A stretch of DNA of 64,000 nucleotides. Origin: Entomortierella parvispora E1425 (Eukaryota; Fungi; Mortierellomycota). Below the pieces are notes generated by a model. The model was not told the DNA's origin. It was given only the letters and a program-made list of their open reading frames with translations, and did no database searches. Shown here piece by piece: positions 62,710-64,000 of the stretch (position 1 is its first letter; each line of letters starts with the position of its first letter). The DNA is taken from contig BQFW01000014.1 of NCBI GenBank assembly GCA_020891255.1, forward strand, positions 1,178,001 through 1,242,000, read 5' to 3'. The translations under genes and the position numbers were made by a program.

Positions 62710-64000
62710 TCATATTTCATACCGCTTCTTGGCATCTGCTTCCAGTGCTTCTTGGATCAAGGCCGTGAGTTCAGTGACCTTGACGACGGCAATCTTTGTA
62801 CACTGCAAGATTTGATCCAGCTCCATGGGGATACCTCCTGCCTTTGACATGGCGCAAACCTCCTTGTGAACATTGAGCGTTAATGTCATATCGCCTTCCT
62901 TGATTTGCTCCTCCAGATATGTGGGGTCTACAAGCACACGTTCACTAGATTCAAAACATAGAAATGTCAGAAATACGTCCCCTCTGTTGTGGAACAATTT
63001 CGTAAAAATCAACAAAGATGAAAACTTACCCGTTGTCAAAGAACGCAAATGAAATACAGATAGGAATGTGATGAATACTAAGGGGAACAGGGTTGCGCTG
63101 CTCCAGGGTATGCTAATAGCGTCGGAGAGAAAACAAGAGATTGTAACGTCCTGTCAGTTTACAAGGTCGTGTTTGGCTGATTCGTTTCCATGATCTTCAC
63201 AGAGATCGTGCTATTCTTCTGTAGCTTTCGCCTTCAATGTTCACACGTACAATAGTCACGTCCTCGCCAACGACTGTCACGTCGGGTCTCCTGAAATGAA
63301 GCAAAGCTGTGATGGCCGCGATACAAGCAGCATCCACCAAGTTTCCGTCGTGATCCAAGAAATGAATGTCGACACGAATCGACCAGACCTACGGCGTGAG
63401 AAACAAAAACAATCATCTGTTGAGTGGGAGAGAACACAAATGTACGAAAACTCCTCGTTAAAGCTATGGTCCCTGTTACTGTCCATACCTTCTCTCCTGC
63501 AACAATACACAATCCTTCGGTATCCAGAGCTCTGCTTCTTCTCATTGCCTTCTCGATCAGTCTGCTCACAAGAACTTCCTCATCCGTTTGTCTAAGGCAC
63601 ATCACGATCAGAAAAACGTTAATCTCGACATATTCAACCCTGTGCTATCCTGTCCATAGAACTGCCTCCTTCTCTGTCTTACCTTCCAACTTCAAATGCA
63701 GAGGAGGCCATTGGGGACAACTCGGTGTTGAAGGTAAGGAATCCCTCTGTTGGCTTGTCGGGGAAAGGCCTGATCACCTCGCATGAAACCTTGGCCAATA
63801 CTCTATTGAAAAGGGAGCGAGATAAAAGCCATCGCGTGTCAGCTGGTGAGGGCGATCTTCCATAATCAAAGTATCCAAGTATCCAGTAGGCCATCCATGC
63901 CCGTTGCTCCTGACCTAGTGTTGCCCAGCTGGACTTCGACTGCTCCATAGTCCGACCCAAAGGAAAGGCGAAGGGTTCTGAAGTCGTAAAACTTGCGTCC
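62710..64000 (-). CDS. RRP45: Exosome core subunit Rrp45/EXOSC9; 5' end beyond the right edge
   Basis: GRKFYDFRTLRLSFGSDYGAVEVQLGNTR|VLAKVSCEVIRPFPDKPTEG, ELSPMAS, LDTEGLCIVAGEKVW, DHDGNLVDAACIA, SLLHFRRPDVTV, LVDPTYLEE. Confidence 0.95.

Overview
Gene-dense, intron-rich eukaryotic DNA with GT-AG introns, CTAAC branch points, poly-T tracts and microsatellites. Gene content and intron style suggest an early-diverging fungus, probably Mucoromycota/Mortierellaceae (inference). I hand-spliced about 21 protein-coding genes, in order: cystathionine beta-lyase (3' end off-window), MAK16, a BRAT1 orthologue, a formin with N-terminal RA-like domains, RPL2/uL2, two small secreted Cys-rich proteins (one absent from the ORF track), PEX11, a FANCE orthologue, an AIG1/septin-like GTPase, DED1, a CC1-box coiled-coil protein, a P2C (Na,K-ATPase-like) pump, an ADP/ATP carrier, Csm1/Pcs1, an ABCC transporter, ALG3, a SNAPC4-like Myb protein, TMA20, ERV46 and RRP45 (5' end off-window). 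The main theme is retention of animal-like modules that budding yeast lacks: BRAT1 with its terminal DCY plug, SNAPC4, FANCE, a P2C pump and a CC1-box adaptor candidate. There is also an accessory island of secreted Cys-rich peptides. I found no tRNA, rRNA, CRISPR array or intact mobile element. All homology calls come from recalled motif alignments, not database searches.
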